Source of the DNA: Candidatus Latescibacterota bacterium
GTDB lineage: Bacteria; Latescibacterota; UBA2968; GCA-2709665
Assembly (NCBI GenBank): GCA_965226795.1
Contig: CBDDDZ010000005.1
Coordinates: 960,001 to 1,024,000, forward strand
DNA length: 64,000 nt
Direction of reading: 5' to 3'
Each line of letters begins with the position of its first letter. The stretch's first letter is position 1. The translations under genes and the position numbers were made by a program. Shown piece after piece: positions 50,316 to 59,873 of the stretch. A model generated the notes under the pieces. It was not told where the DNA came from. It saw nothing but the letters and a program-made list of their open reading frames with translations, and made no database searches.

Positions 50316-51074
50316 TTGCCAATACGGCCATCTCTAGCAAACGGAAGGCGATCGACGGTGTTTTCGGGATTTGACGAGGCAGTGGTCGTCGATGTAGAAA
50401 CAACAGGTCTCGATCCGACGAGTGACAGAATTGTCTCGGTAGCGATGGTACGCGCACGCTTCGCAGACCTGAGGCAAGACCCTGATGGATTACATGGTGA
50501 CACCATCGACGCTATCGTTAACCCGCAATGCCGAATACCCCCACAAGCGTCGCGTATTCACGGCATAAGAGACAAAGACGTAAAACACAAAGGTCGCTTT
50601 TTCGAAATCGCGCAGCAGCTTCGGAATTTCATCGGCGACCGTCCGATAATTGCCCACAACGCTTCATTTGACAAGAATTTCCTTAACGCTGAATTCAAAA
50701 GGGCAGGGGTCAAAACCCTCTCTCGCAACAAGAGTTTTTGTACGATGCGGCGATTTCAGGAATTTAATCATGGCTTCCGACGGGGGAGCAATCTTGAGAA
50801 TGTAGCTATCGTCATGGGGGTGAAGGGACGAAAAAGCTCAAAACATGAAGCCACCGAGGATGTCAGGATGGTGTGGGAGGTGGCTGGTTTGTTCTACATG
50901 ATGGACAACCGGATAAATATACCAGGCGGCAAACCATCCCCTCCACCACGTAACAAACAGGTCAATCAACGTAGAGTCTATACACGCCAAAAACAAGATG
51001 ACGCTAATGTCGGATGTGGCGTTATCGCCTCTGCAATTATAGTAATTGCGTTGTTATTCTGGTGGCTTTCCTAG
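50316..51074 (+). CDS. DEDDh 3'-5' exonuclease with C-terminal transmembrane helix; start uncertain
   Basis: DVETTGL, IHGI, AHNASFD, HEATED; hydrophobic tail GVIASAIIVIALLFWWLS. Confidence 0.82.
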   Translation: MPIRPSLANGRRSTVFSGFDEAVVVDVETTGLDPTSDRIVSVAMVRARFADLRQDPDGLHGDTIDAIVNPQCRIPPQASRIHGIRDKDVKHKGRFFEIAQQLRNFIGDRPIIAHNASFDKNFLNAEFKRAGVKTLSRNKSFCTMRRFQEFNHGFRRGSNLENVAIVMGVKGRKSSKHEATEDVRMVWEVAGLFYMMDNRINIPGGKPSPPPRNKQVNQRRVYTRQKQDDANVGCGVIASAIIVIALLFWWLS

Positions 51075-51190
51075 CCTCTAACGCTGTTAAATTGAGATGC
51101 AGTTGGTCGTTTGAGGTGCGTCCCTTGCGTCTGCACTGTCGATCTTACGAACAGTTCTCTACCGAACGTGCGGGACATCGATTCTTGAGT

Positions 51191-51500
51191 ATTGTTCGTA
51201 TTCGACTCTCCCGACATCCGCATGCCCGCCATCGACCGCCTGGAAGGTTTCCGCACCGGCTGTCGAGGTCTTTACCGCCAGATGCTGGCGCCGGTTCTGG
51301 TGAAAAAAATCGGGCTGTCCGTGTGGATGTACGGGGTCGAGATAGAGCCCCTCAAATGGCCAAGGCTGGCCGCCGGCTATTGGACGGATTGAAAGGGCCA
51401 CGTTTGAAATACGGATTGCGACGGGATCAGACGTGGATGCATCTGGCGGGAACGCGAAGATAGACCAGAAGGAAATTTGTGAAACCATAAATTTTCTATG
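51191..51500 (+). pseudogene. 3' fragment of a second gamma-glutamylcyclotransferase gene plus downstream DNA (right copy of the direct repeat)
   Basis: VFDSPDIRMPAIDRLEGFRTGCRGLYRQMLAPVLV matches VFDDPETRLPAIDRLEGFRPGGRSLYRRVLAPVLV of 25686-26321; the YGTL N-terminus is missing. Confidence 0.85.
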
Positions 51501-51701
51501 TTTGACGATGTTCTGTGAGTCCGCACGGTGATTCTACTCCGGATTGACCGTACGCCTGGCGTCCGCAGGAGATCGACGCGGGCGCTTCCAGGCTGACATT
51601 GCGCGCGTTCGGCGATGGCACGTGGTTTGCACAGTCTTTGTCTGCTGCGAAAGCCGATCGGTGGCGCGTTCGAAACGGCTGAATTCGACAATGACTTTAA
51701 T

Positions 51702-51730
51702 TTGACATGTAACTATTAAATGGTTACTTT
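51702..51730 (+). promoter_or_regulatory. Sigma70 promoter with overlapping operator palindrome for the TA pair
   Basis: TTGACA-N17-TACTTT; GTAACTAT-TAA-ATGGTTAC imperfect palindrome at 51709-51727. Confidence 0.6.
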
Positions 51731-51732
51731 GG

Positions 51733-51996
51733 ATGTATCAAACCCTAATTAGGAGAAGTGTGCTGCGGCGTATTCAGAGGCTGCCAGATACGGTTCAACG
51801 ACGGGTAGCCAACCTGGTCGAGGACCTGCTGGCCTGTGGGCCGATCAGAAATGAACGGCCCAACTCCCGAAAATCTGAACTGGACAAATTCCACGGCCAC
51901 CTTGCGCGTGATTGCGTCGTCTGTTGGACATACAAGAAAGACTCTCAAGTCATTGAGGTTTACTATGCAGGCAGTCGTAAAAACGCCCCATATTGA
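51733..51996 (+). CDS. RelE/HigB-like toxin
   Basis: 87 aa, basic, LP..VQ, IEVYYAGSR.NAPY; toxin-first layout overlapping an XRE gene. Confidence 0.65.
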   Translation: MYQTLIRRSVLRRIQRLPDTVQRRVANLVEDLLACGPIRNERPNSRKSELDKFHGHLARDCVVCWTYKKDSQVIEVYYAGSRKNAPY

Positions 51997-52333
51997 GATT
52001 CTCATCAACGGAGACATCCCCGACAAGCTGATGTCCGTGCTGAATGATGAATACGGCGAACAGGTTCGGTTATCCGAAGACAACAGCGGCGACCTCGTCG
52101 ATATCTTTGAGACCGACTGGTACCGCAGCGTCAAATCAGGAATGACACCGGGAGACAATCTGAGGATCTACCGGCAGAATCACGGTTTCACTCAGACAAG
52201 GCTGGGCGAGATGCTCGATGGCGTTCCTCGCCAGCATATCTCGAATATGGAGAGGGAAGTCCGGTCGATCAGCCTGAAGACCGCTCGAAAGTTGGCGGAG
52301 ATATTTCAAGTGTCACCCGGGAAATTCATTTGA
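51965..52333 (+). CDS. XRE-HTH antitoxin (HigA-like)
   Basis: TPG.NLRIYR..GFTQ..LGE.L.GV.RQHISNME...R.IS...ARKLA. Confidence 0.8.
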   Translation: MQAVVKTPHIEILINGDIPDKLMSVLNDEYGEQVRLSEDNSGDLVDIFETDWYRSVKSGMTPGDNLRIYRQNHGFTQTRLGEMLDGVPRQHISNMEREVRSISLKTARKLAEIFQVSPGKFI

Positions 52334-52364
52334 CGAATAACGGCGCGCGAAGACTTTCAATGAA

Positions 52365-53636
52365 ATGAAGAAAATGACCGATTTGTTCAATAAGCCTGAC
52401 GATGTGTTTCGCGTTGTGCACACTGCCGATTGGCATCTGGGAAAGACGCTGAACGATCAATCCCGGGACGAGGAGCACGGCAAGTTCTTGGACTGGCTGC
52501 TCGGGGTTATTGAGAAACGCGAAGTCGACGCTTTGATTATTGCAGGGGACGTATTCGACGCCGCAAACCCGCCTCAGTCCGCACTGTCCCGATATTACGA
52601 TTTCGTGTCCAAACTCTACAGGAAAACCGCGTGTTCGCTCGTCGTGATTGGAGGGAACCACGATTCGCCCTTACAACTGGAAGCACCGCGGGAGGTGCTG
52701 CGCGCGCTGAGGGTTCATGTGGTGGGTTTCCTTCCCGAGGATCCCGGCGACCGCCTCATTGTTCTTCCGTCGCCTGACAATCCGCGCCTGGTGATCGCGG
52801 CCATACCCTTTCTGCGTGACAGAGATATCCGAACGGGATACGCCGGTCAGGATGCGGAAGACATTCGAAGAGCGATTACCGAGGGCATAGCGCAGCGTTA
52901 CGCGGAGACCGCAAGAACCGCCGCCAAGTGGGCCGAAAAAGGTGTACCGATATTGGTAACAGGCCACCTCACTGTCTTGGGCGCGACAAAATCGGATAGC
53001 GAAAGGGAAATCCATATTGGTGGTCTTGGTGCCGTTGCTCCAGACGCCTTTCCAGATATCTGTACTTATGTTGCCCTCGGACATCTACACCGACCACAAG
53101 AACCATATAGCCGCGTATGTTATTCCGGATCTCCCATTGCGTTAAGCTTCAGCGAAGCAAATGATACCAAAGAAATCCAAATCCTAGATTTCGCAGACGG
53201 CAACTTAAAAGCACACACGCCAATTCCTGTGCCAGTATTCCGCAGATTGGCGCAGATTCGCACATCATGGGGAGATCTATCGCAAGCAATCAGCAAATTT
53301 AGCCCGGACAGTGGCGAACTGAAAACTTGGGTCGAGGTCGTTGTCAAAGATGCGAGCTCTAGTGAGGATATCAACGAAACGGTACAAAGTTTGGTGGCAG
53401 AGCTGGATTTTATGGTGTTAAAAGTAATGAGAGAAAGGGCGACTCCGCTGCAGGGCATGCGTATTGGGGACGATTCGGATGACGAAGCAATCGAGACAGT
53501 CCTCGATAATCCCGTGCGCGTATTCGAACACCGATTGGATGAAGAAGCCAACTTGGACGACGAACGCAAGCGGGAACTCAAAATCGCTTTTGCTCAGCTA
53601 CTCAATCTCCACCAGACGGAGAGCACGGACACATGA
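52365..53636 (+). CDS. sbcD: Exonuclease SbcCD subunit D
   Basis: HTADWHLG, AGDVFD..NPP, GNHDS, TGHL, YVALGHLH, YSGSPI.LSFSE. Confidence 0.95.
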   Translation: MKKMTDLFNKPDDVFRVVHTADWHLGKTLNDQSRDEEHGKFLDWLLGVIEKREVDALIIAGDVFDAANPPQSALSRYYDFVSKLYRKTACSLVVIGGNHDSPLQLEAPREVLRALRVHVVGFLPEDPGDRLIVLPSPDNPRLVIAAIPFLRDRDIRTGYAGQDAEDIRRAITEGIAQRYAETARTAAKWAEKGVPILVTGHLTVLGATKSDSEREIHIGGLGAVAPDAFPDICTYVALGHLHRPQEPYSRVCYSGSPIALSFSEANDTKEIQILDFADGNLKAHTPIPVPVFRRLAQIRTSWGDLSQAISKFSPDSGELKTWVEVVVKDASSSEDINETVQSLVAELDFMVLKVMRERATPLQGMRIGDDSDDEAIETVLDNPVRVFEHRLDEEANLDDERKRELKIAFAQLLNLHQTESTDT

Positions 53637-56563
53637 AAATCGATCGAATCATCCTCAATAATCTGAATTCTCTACGCGGCGAACATACAATCGACCTGAC
53701 CGTTGAACCGCTTTCAACCGCGGGCTTGTTTGCGATTACGGGACCGACCGGCGCAGGCAAGTCGACATTGCTGGATGCCATCACCCTGGCTCTTTACGGC
53801 CGGGCCGCCCGGTACGGCCGCCGGCCCAATCCCGAAGACATGATGAGCCGCCGTTGCGGCGAATGTTCCGCCGAAGTTGAATTTGAAGTCCCCGCCGGCA
53901 AATACAGGGCCGTCTGGCAACTCCGGCGTGCAAAAGTTAGAGCGGCTGGAAAGGTTCAGGCGCCGAGACGATATGTATATGATATGGACGGCGTTACGCT
54001 CGCACAGCAGGTGCGTGAGTGCGACAATAAGATCCTCGACCTGACAGGGCTAGACTACGACCGCTTTGTACGAAGCGTTATGCTCGCACAGGGCGAGTTC
54101 GCGCGGTTCCTGAAAGCCGGCGCAGATGAACGCGCTGAACTTCTGGAATGCCTCACGGGGACGGAGATATATTCCGACCTGGGCATTCTTGCCCACAAGG
54201 AAGCAACACGCAGTGAGAATGATCTGATGCTCAAACAGCAACTGCTCGAACAAATCGAGATCCTTGAAGATGAAGAGCGCAGAGAAGTCGAAGATCATGT
54301 CACAGAGTTAAAAAGAGACAGACGTGTGGTGGAAAAAGACCTCGATGAAAAATCTGCAATTGTCACAAGCGTTGATAAACTTGCATCGGCATTGACGCGA
54401 CGGACGGAAATAAATGAAAGTTTGAAAGATCTGGAAGCAAGTCAGAGAGATGCCGAACCCGATTTGAAACTCCTCACACGACACCGCGAGACGGTTCCCT
54501 TTCAGGCCAACCTCATTCGACTCCAAAATGCTGAATATACGGCACAAAACAGTCAAGAGAACAGACAAGTAGCACAAGACGAGCGCGAAGAAAGATATGT
54601 CCAATATCAGCAAGCAAGAATGAACTATCATAGAACTTTGAAAAATGAGATCGCCGAACAAGAATCGACAATCCAAGATGCCAAAGCTCGTGCGCGTAAA
54701 GCCAACAAAACTTCTATAGCAGAAAAGGAGTGGCTGGAAGCCCACCGGATAGACGCCGACCTTTCAGCCCACATCGCAGATCTGGCAGCTAATCTGACAG
54801 AACTAAAATCCAAACGGGCAACGCTGCTGCGGGAATTGGAACAGGTATGCGACATAACATCCGTATTGGAATCTGGCGTGATAGAACCGTTGTCACTTGA
54901 AAATACAAAAGGAGAAGAGCTAAGTACGATCCTTAGTGCAATTGCAGAAAGACTTGCGGAAGAACTTAAAAATGCCCGAGATGAGCGCACTTCTGCCGAG
55001 AAAGATCTCGGTCTTCGTAAGGATCATTTACAGAAGGCCCGATTGATTGCAAACTACGATACACATCGCTCTTCCCTTGCAAAAGGTGAACCATGTCCAC
55101 TTTGTGGTGCAACCGAGCATCCTTATGCGGAAGGCGACGAGCCCAGTTTTGCATTTGAAGAACTGCAACTGGAAGTCGCGAGAGCGGAGGAAACGCGCAA
55201 CGCCCAGACCGATCGCGTCTCGAAACTCTCTGACGCGATCGGTAAACTGACGTCTCAACAAACTGTTGCTATTAGAGTACGTCAAGATTTGACGGTATAC
55301 GAAGCCGAGCTTCTGGAGCGCCTCCACGTTTTTGAGGTCGCATTGCCAGAGGAAGGCAAGGAGGAGGAAACGCGAAAATCCCTTCAAGAACGCGAAAAGG
55401 CGTATCAAACACATCGGGAAAATTTCCACGACACCGAAGAAGCTGCAACACACGCAAGAGAAGATGAGTACAAGGCTCAGGACTTGCTTGAGAAGCGGGC
55501 TCGTGATCTTCAACAACTCGACGTATTTGATACTGAAGATGTTGAAGTCGTTAGCGATGTGGTTGAACGGCTCAGTGTAGAAGAGGCACGGCAGGATTGG
55601 TCGGACAAAAAAACCAAATTGGAAATTCAAGAGGCTGAACTCAGAGCCCAGTTAAGGAACGAGGAAGCCGCGCGAAAATCTCTGAAAGAAATCCAAGAAC
55701 GACTAATGTCGGCGATAGACAGTTCCGATTTCCAAAATCTGGATGATCTGCGCGACGCAAGTTTGGATCAAGAAGAAGCCGACCGTATCGAACAAATCGA
55801 AATCGATTTCAAAAACAGAAAACACGATCTAACCACCCGGCTGGAAGTTGCAAAAGAAGAAATCGAATCCCTTCGAGAAGCCGAAATTCCAGAAGGAGAT
55901 GAGGCAGAACAGTTTAAAGCAGAATATGAAAAATCAAAAAATAACCGAGATATACTCATCGAAAAGCTTACTACCCAGCAAAATCGGGTTGAAATGGACG
56001 ACAAGAACCGCCGGAAATTCGCCGATCGGAAGGAATTATTGGAAAAGGCACAAAAGGACGCGGCCATCTGGGACCGTTTGCGTTTGTTGATAGGCTCTCA
56101 CGATGGTGCGAAATTTCGCAAATATGCACAGAGTATATCTCTGGATATACTCATTCGTCACGCCAACCAGCACCTGAGCCGCTTGAGCGATCGTTACCGA
56201 ATTCAGAGGCTTTCAGGGGAGGAACTTCAACTTGAGATCGAAGATTTGCACCAGGCAGGAGTCACGCGGCCCATGACTAGTCTTTCCGGCGGCGAAAGCT
56301 TTCTTGCCAGCCTGGCGCTTGCCCTTGGCCTCTCTGAATTGGCAGGAAGAAATGTCCGTATTGATTCGCTTTTTATCGATGAAGGATTCGGCAGTCTGGA
56401 TTCGGAAGTTCTTGATCTCGCCATTGGAACCCTTGAAGCATTGCATCAGCATAATAAAAGTGTGGGCGTGATATCACACGTCGAGCTGCTAAAGCAGCGT
56501 ATCACAACGCAGATCAGAGTGATAAAACAAACGGCCGGCGACAGCGTCCTGGAAATCGTCTGA
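53633..56563 (+). CDS. sbcC: Exonuclease SbcCD subunit C (SMC-like ATPase)
   Basis: NLNSL.G, GPTGAGKST, LAQGEF, central CPLC hook, LSGGE, LFIDEGFG, GVISHV. Confidence 0.95.
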   Translation: MKIDRIILNNLNSLRGEHTIDLTVEPLSTAGLFAITGPTGAGKSTLLDAITLALYGRAARYGRRPNPEDMMSRRCGECSAEVEFEVPAGKYRAVWQLRRAKVRAAGKVQAPRRYVYDMDGVTLAQQVRECDNKILDLTGLDYDRFVRSVMLAQGEFARFLKAGADERAELLECLTGTEIYSDLGILAHKEATRSENDLMLKQQLLEQIEILEDEERREVEDHVTELKRDRRVVEKDLDEKSAIVTSVDKLASALTRRTEINESLKDLEASQRDAEPDLKLLTRHRETVPFQANLIRLQNAEYTAQNSQENRQVAQDEREERYVQYQQARMNYHRTLKNEIAEQESTIQDAKARARKANKTSIAEKEWLEAHRIDADLSAHIADLAANLTELKSKRATLLRELEQVCDITSVLESGVIEPLSLENTKGEELSTILSAIAERLAEELKNARDERTSAEKDLGLRKDHLQKARLIANYDTHRSSLAKGEPCPLCGATEHPYAEGDEPSFAFEELQLEVARAEETRNAQTDRVSKLSDAIGKLTSQQTVAIRVRQDLTVYEAELLERLHVFEVALPEEGKEEETRKSLQEREKAYQTHRENFHDTEEAATHAREDEYKAQDLLEKRARDLQQLDVFDTEDVEVVSDVVERLSVEEARQDWSDKKTKLEIQEAELRAQLRNEEAARKSLKEIQERLMSAIDSSDFQNLDDLRDASLDQEEADRIEQIEIDFKNRKHDLTTRLEVAKEEIESLREAEIPEGDEAEQFKAEYEKSKNNRDILIEKLTTQQNRVEMDDKNRRKFADRKELLEKAQKDAAIWDRLRLLIGSHDGAKFRKYAQSISLDILIRHANQHLSRLSDRYRIQRLSGEELQLEIEDLHQAGVTRPMTSLSGGESFLASLALALGLSELAGRNVRIDSLFIDEGFGSLDSEVLDLAIGTLEALHQHNKSVGVISHVELLKQRITTQIRVIKQTAGDSVLEIV

Positions 56564-56669
56564 CGCAAGACCTGCCTCGCTCGAATTGTGTCAGTGTTCT
56601 GCGGTGCCCGATTGAGCCGCGCCTGGCTTCGTCGCCATGCTTTTTTGGATTATTTGTAGGGAGAGATGG

Positions 56670-56912
56670 ATGATCCTCAAGATCAACACGCGGCGGCGGG
56701 TGACCATTCCCGAGAGTGTGCTGGATGCACTGGGGATCCGGCCCGGCGACCAGCTTGAGTTGGAAGAGCGCCCGGACGGATTTTTCCTGCGGTCCCGGCA
56801 AGTCGACCCCAACCGGCTTGCGCCCTTGCGCGACAAGCTTGAACGCGGCCGCGGCGAGTTCAAACTATGGTCGTTCCGCGATCAACGGCATGATCCATCG
56901 CTTCGGAATTAA
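56670..56912 (+). CDS. AbrB/MazE/SpoVT family antitoxin
   Basis: KINTRRRVTIP..VLDALGIRPGDQLEL; overlapping ATG 56890 gives only a short MIHRFGIN start, no intact PIN toxin. Confidence 0.8.
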   Translation: MILKINTRRRVTIPESVLDALGIRPGDQLELEERPDGFFLRSRQVDPNRLAPLRDKLERGRGEFKLWSFRDQRHDPSLRN

Positions 56913-56986
56913 TGCGATTGACATACTAAACTATCGGATGCCGCAAAAGTGTCATGTAGATATAAAGGGTTTTTGGGGAAAATGGC

Positions 56987-57015
56987 TTGACATGCGGGAT
57001 CAGTGGACATACTTT
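56987..57015 (+). promoter_or_regulatory. Putative sigma70 promoter
   Basis: TTGACA-N17-TACTTT; GGAGG RBS before ATG 57061. Confidence 0.55.
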
Positions 57016-57060
57016 TTTACATACCCGTCGGAAACGTTCCCCCATAAAGGGAGGTAGGAC

Positions 57061-57588
57061 ATGCCCGTAGTCTTAGATATGTCGTGTATGTCGCAGGTTG
57101 CTTCTATCTGGGCGCAAGGCGATACGCTTCCTATTAGCGGGAAAGAGGGGCAAATAAGAGACCTGAAGCGAAGGATGGCCAATTTTAGAGAACTATCTTC
57201 CAGGACGAGGGAAGCTTTGAGTCAGTTTGATTCTCTGATCCTCGAAGCCGTCGGAGAATTGAGAAGGGGATTGGATTTCCTGGAGAAAAACCCGGAAGAA
57301 TATCTGGGTCTGTGTAATGGTGATGCGAAAACTGCAATCGAGGGGATGAATAGCGGAGAAGCCATGGCAAAGGAAATGATCGATGAGATTTCCCCGATGT
57401 TAGAGTTATTCGAGGAATTCGATGAGCCACTATTCGATTCAACTAAGGGGGTCATGGACAATCTTCGGTCGCTTGCAGCATTGATTCGAGAAATTCGATG
57501 GTATATCATAATTCTCCGTAGGAAAAACGAGCCTGCAACTGGAGGCATCTATTCAGTGGATGAAGCGATCGCCCAGCTGCGGGGTTGA
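57061..57588 (+). CDS. Hypothetical acidic helical protein, candidate antitoxin
   Basis: Good RBS; overlaps the downstream toxin-like ORF; C-terminal YSVDEAIAQL resembles RelB-type tails. Confidence 0.6.
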   Translation: MPVVLDMSCMSQVASIWAQGDTLPISGKEGQIRDLKRRMANFRELSSRTREALSQFDSLILEAVGELRRGLDFLEKNPEEYLGLCNGDAKTAIEGMNSGEAMAKEMIDEISPMLELFEEFDEPLFDSTKGVMDNLRSLAALIREIRWYIIILRRKNEPATGGIYSVDEAIAQLRG

Positions 57589-57899
57589 ATGTGCATGGGT
57601 ATCGATTTCCACCCATAGAACAAATAGAGTACCACAACAATAGCGTCGAGAAATCTGCCAGAAAACTACCCCCAAACACAAGAAACAATCTTGGGAGATT
57701 TTACAAAGAACTCCAGGAGCAAGTCGTTCTGCCGGGAAGGAGGCTCAAGAAGATAGACGATGTTTGGACCGCTCGCATTGGGAAAAAACATCGAATAGGA
57801 TTTGTGATCGAAGAAAACAATGCTCGAATTCTATACATAGAATCACATGATGAATCTGACAGATATTTGGATAGGGTTCGATCCGGAACAAACACATAA
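57585..57899 (+). CDS. RelE/ParE-like toxin
   Basis: KSARKLP, LKKI..VWTARIGKKHRI, ILYIESHDE.DR. Confidence 0.65.
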   Translation: MNVHGYRFPPIEQIEYHNNSVEKSARKLPPNTRNNLGRFYKELQEQVVLPGRRLKKIDDVWTARIGKKHRIGFVIEENNARILYIESHDESDRYLDRVRSGTNT

Positions 57900-58055
57900 A
57901 TCAAGTGGCTCCCAGAATACCGCCCACGTCCAGAAGGCTTAAGGCAGGCGGTTTTTTAATGTACGAAAATAACGCCGGGCGATTGCCACCTATCACGTGA
58001 ACGGGGGGTCCATGTCGAAGAAGCGCAAGCAGTATATCCCGAAATTATACATTTT

Positions 58056-59873
58056 CTACTTTCCATACCATCCCGCCTGCAGGGCCCACATTCGTGCGTA
58101 CTCTCCGCCCTTGGATATCAGATCATCGTGGGTGCCGTCTTCGATCAGCCGCCCTTCCTTGAGGACGAGTATCCGGTCGCACATCCGCGCTGAGCCGAGG
58201 CGATGAGAGACCACGATCGTGGTTCTCCCGCCGGCCATGGCAAGAAAGCGGCGGAATACGTCGGCCTCGGCCTTCGGATCCAGGGAGGCGGTCGGTTCGT
58301 CGAGGACGACGAGGTCGGCGTCCCGCATGAAGCCCCTGGAAATCGCAACCCGCTGCCACTCCCCGCCTGACAACTCCGTGCCGCCTTCAAACTCCCTGCC
58401 AAGCAGGGTATCGTAGCCCTCCGGGAGCCGGCTGGCCACGGCGTCCGCTCCGCCCCGGCGCGCCGCGGTTTCGATTTCGGCCTGCTCTCGCATCCGCTCC
58501 CAGCGACCGAAACCGATGTTCTCTCCCAAAGTGAAGGCGAAACGGGTATAATCCTGGAAGACCGCCGTTGACTGGTCCCGGAACTGGTGGCGGTTTGCCC
58601 GTTCCGCCGGGAGGTCGCCGTAAAAAAGCTCGCCGGTGGTGGGGTGGAACAGCCCCAGCAGGAGCTTGACTAGGGTGGTTTTGCCTGAGCCGTTCGCGCC
58701 AACCAGGGCCACGCGCTCTCCCGGACGGATGGTTAGGGTGACTTCCTGGAGAGCGTAGCGCTGCGACTGAGGATAGCGGAAGGAAAGGCCCCGAGCGACG
58801 ATTGGCGTCCTGTCGAGGGAGGTGACGGCCGCGCCCCCTGGGGGCTCTTCCGGGCCCAGATCCAGGTAGATGAACAGGTCGGCGATGTTCAACAGCCGGA
58901 TTCCAAGGTAGCCGATCCGGGAGATGACCCGGTCGACGCTCTGGCGCACCTGGCGCAGAGCGACGATCATGGCGGCGAACTGTCCCGCCGACAGCCCACC
59001 CTCAAGGACCGCCCACGCCGACCAGCCAACGCCGGCGGCGAACGCGAGGAGGCTGAGAGCCGACAGGACCCCTCGTAGGGCCCAGTTCCTGCGAAGTTGC
59101 TGATAGATGGCCTTGGCAACTCGCCAGTAGAGGTACACCCACCAGCCGGTCAGGGCGGGACCCAGGCCGAACACCCGCACCTCGTTGGCGGCCTCCCGCT
59201 CCGTTAGCGTCCTTTCCAGGTACCCGCGCAGCCGCTGCGCCTGCGTCGACCGTCGAAACGTGTAAAACCTGCCGCGGTCGTGAATCATGCACATGAGGGG
59301 AGGCGGTAATGAGACCAGCACGACGGCGACGAGGAGTACCGGGTTCCAGAGCCCGACAACGGTGGCGACGGAGACCGCGGTCACGGTTCCCGTAAAGATT
59401 GTACGGATTTCGCCGAAGAGGTTCAGGAAAAAGCCGGGTTTGGCTGCCTCCTGGGCACGGCGCAGGAGGTCGTGGAAGTCGGCCCGCTCGAAGGTCTCCA
59501 GGTGAAGCGCCCGGGACTTGACCTGGAGTTGTTCAAGCAGCCGATCCTCCAGTTCTTGCTTCACTCGCTCGAGCAAAATCAATCGGGTCCAGGTTTGAAT
59601 GCCGGTTTCTTTCACGATAACGGCCGCCCACAGGGCCAGCCACGGAAGCATGGTACTGACCGGTAGCTGGCCCTCGTAGATGCCGAGGCCACGGTCGAAC
59701 AGTTCCCGTACGATCCAGACCATCGCGGCCGGCAGCACACCTACCCCGAGATCCAGCCCCAGTGCGGCGATGGCCCTCCCCGGCTCGGCTCGGATCATCC
59801 AGCCCAGGAATCGGAGGAGGGTACGGGGCCCGCGAGGGCCCGTCGGAATGGGATCGGGTTCTACCGGTACCAC
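58056..59873 (-). CDS. ABC exporter, fused TMD + NBD
   Basis: Hydrophobic N-terminal half; GANGSGKTT, VFQDY, LSGGEWQR, VLDEPT, VSHRL; GGAGG RBS before GTG 59873. Confidence 0.92.
   Translation of the reverse strand: MVPVEPDPIPTGPRGPRTLLRFLGWMIRAEPGRAIAALGLDLGVGVLPAAMVWIVRELFDRGLGIYEGQLPVSTMLPWLALWAAVIVKETGIQTWTRLILLERVKQELEDRLLEQLQVKSRALHLETFERADFHDLLRRAQEAAKPGFFLNLFGEIRTIFTGTVTAVSVATVVGLWNPVLLVAVVLVSLPPPLMCMIHDRGRFYTFRRSTQAQRLRGYLERTLTEREAANEVRVFGLGPALTGWWVYLYWRVAKAIYQQLRRNWALRGVLSALSLLAFAAGVGWSAWAVLEGGLSAGQFAAMIVALRQVRQSVDRVISRIGYLGIRLLNIADLFIYLDLGPEEPPGGAAVTSLDRTPIVARGLSFRYPQSQRYALQEVTLTIRPGERVALVGANGSGKTTLVKLLLGLFHPTTGELFYGDLPAERANRHQFRDQSTAVFQDYTRFAFTLGENIGFGRWERMREQAEIETAARRGGADAVASRLPEGYDTLLGREFEGGTELSGGEWQRVAISRGFMRDADLVVLDEPTASLDPKAEADVFRRFLAMAGGRTTIVVSHRLGSARMCDRILVLKEGRLIEDGTHDDLISKGGEYARMWALQAGWYGK

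Noticed and set aside
52365..56563. Wadjet or Lamassu SMC defence system
   Set aside because: Mre11-type phosphoesterase plus a CxxC hook identify SbcCD; no JetABD or LmuA partners seen.
57920..57958. Terminator after the RelE-like toxin
   Set aside because: T-tract present but the stem (CCGCC/GGCGG) is short with a long irregular interior; not convincing.
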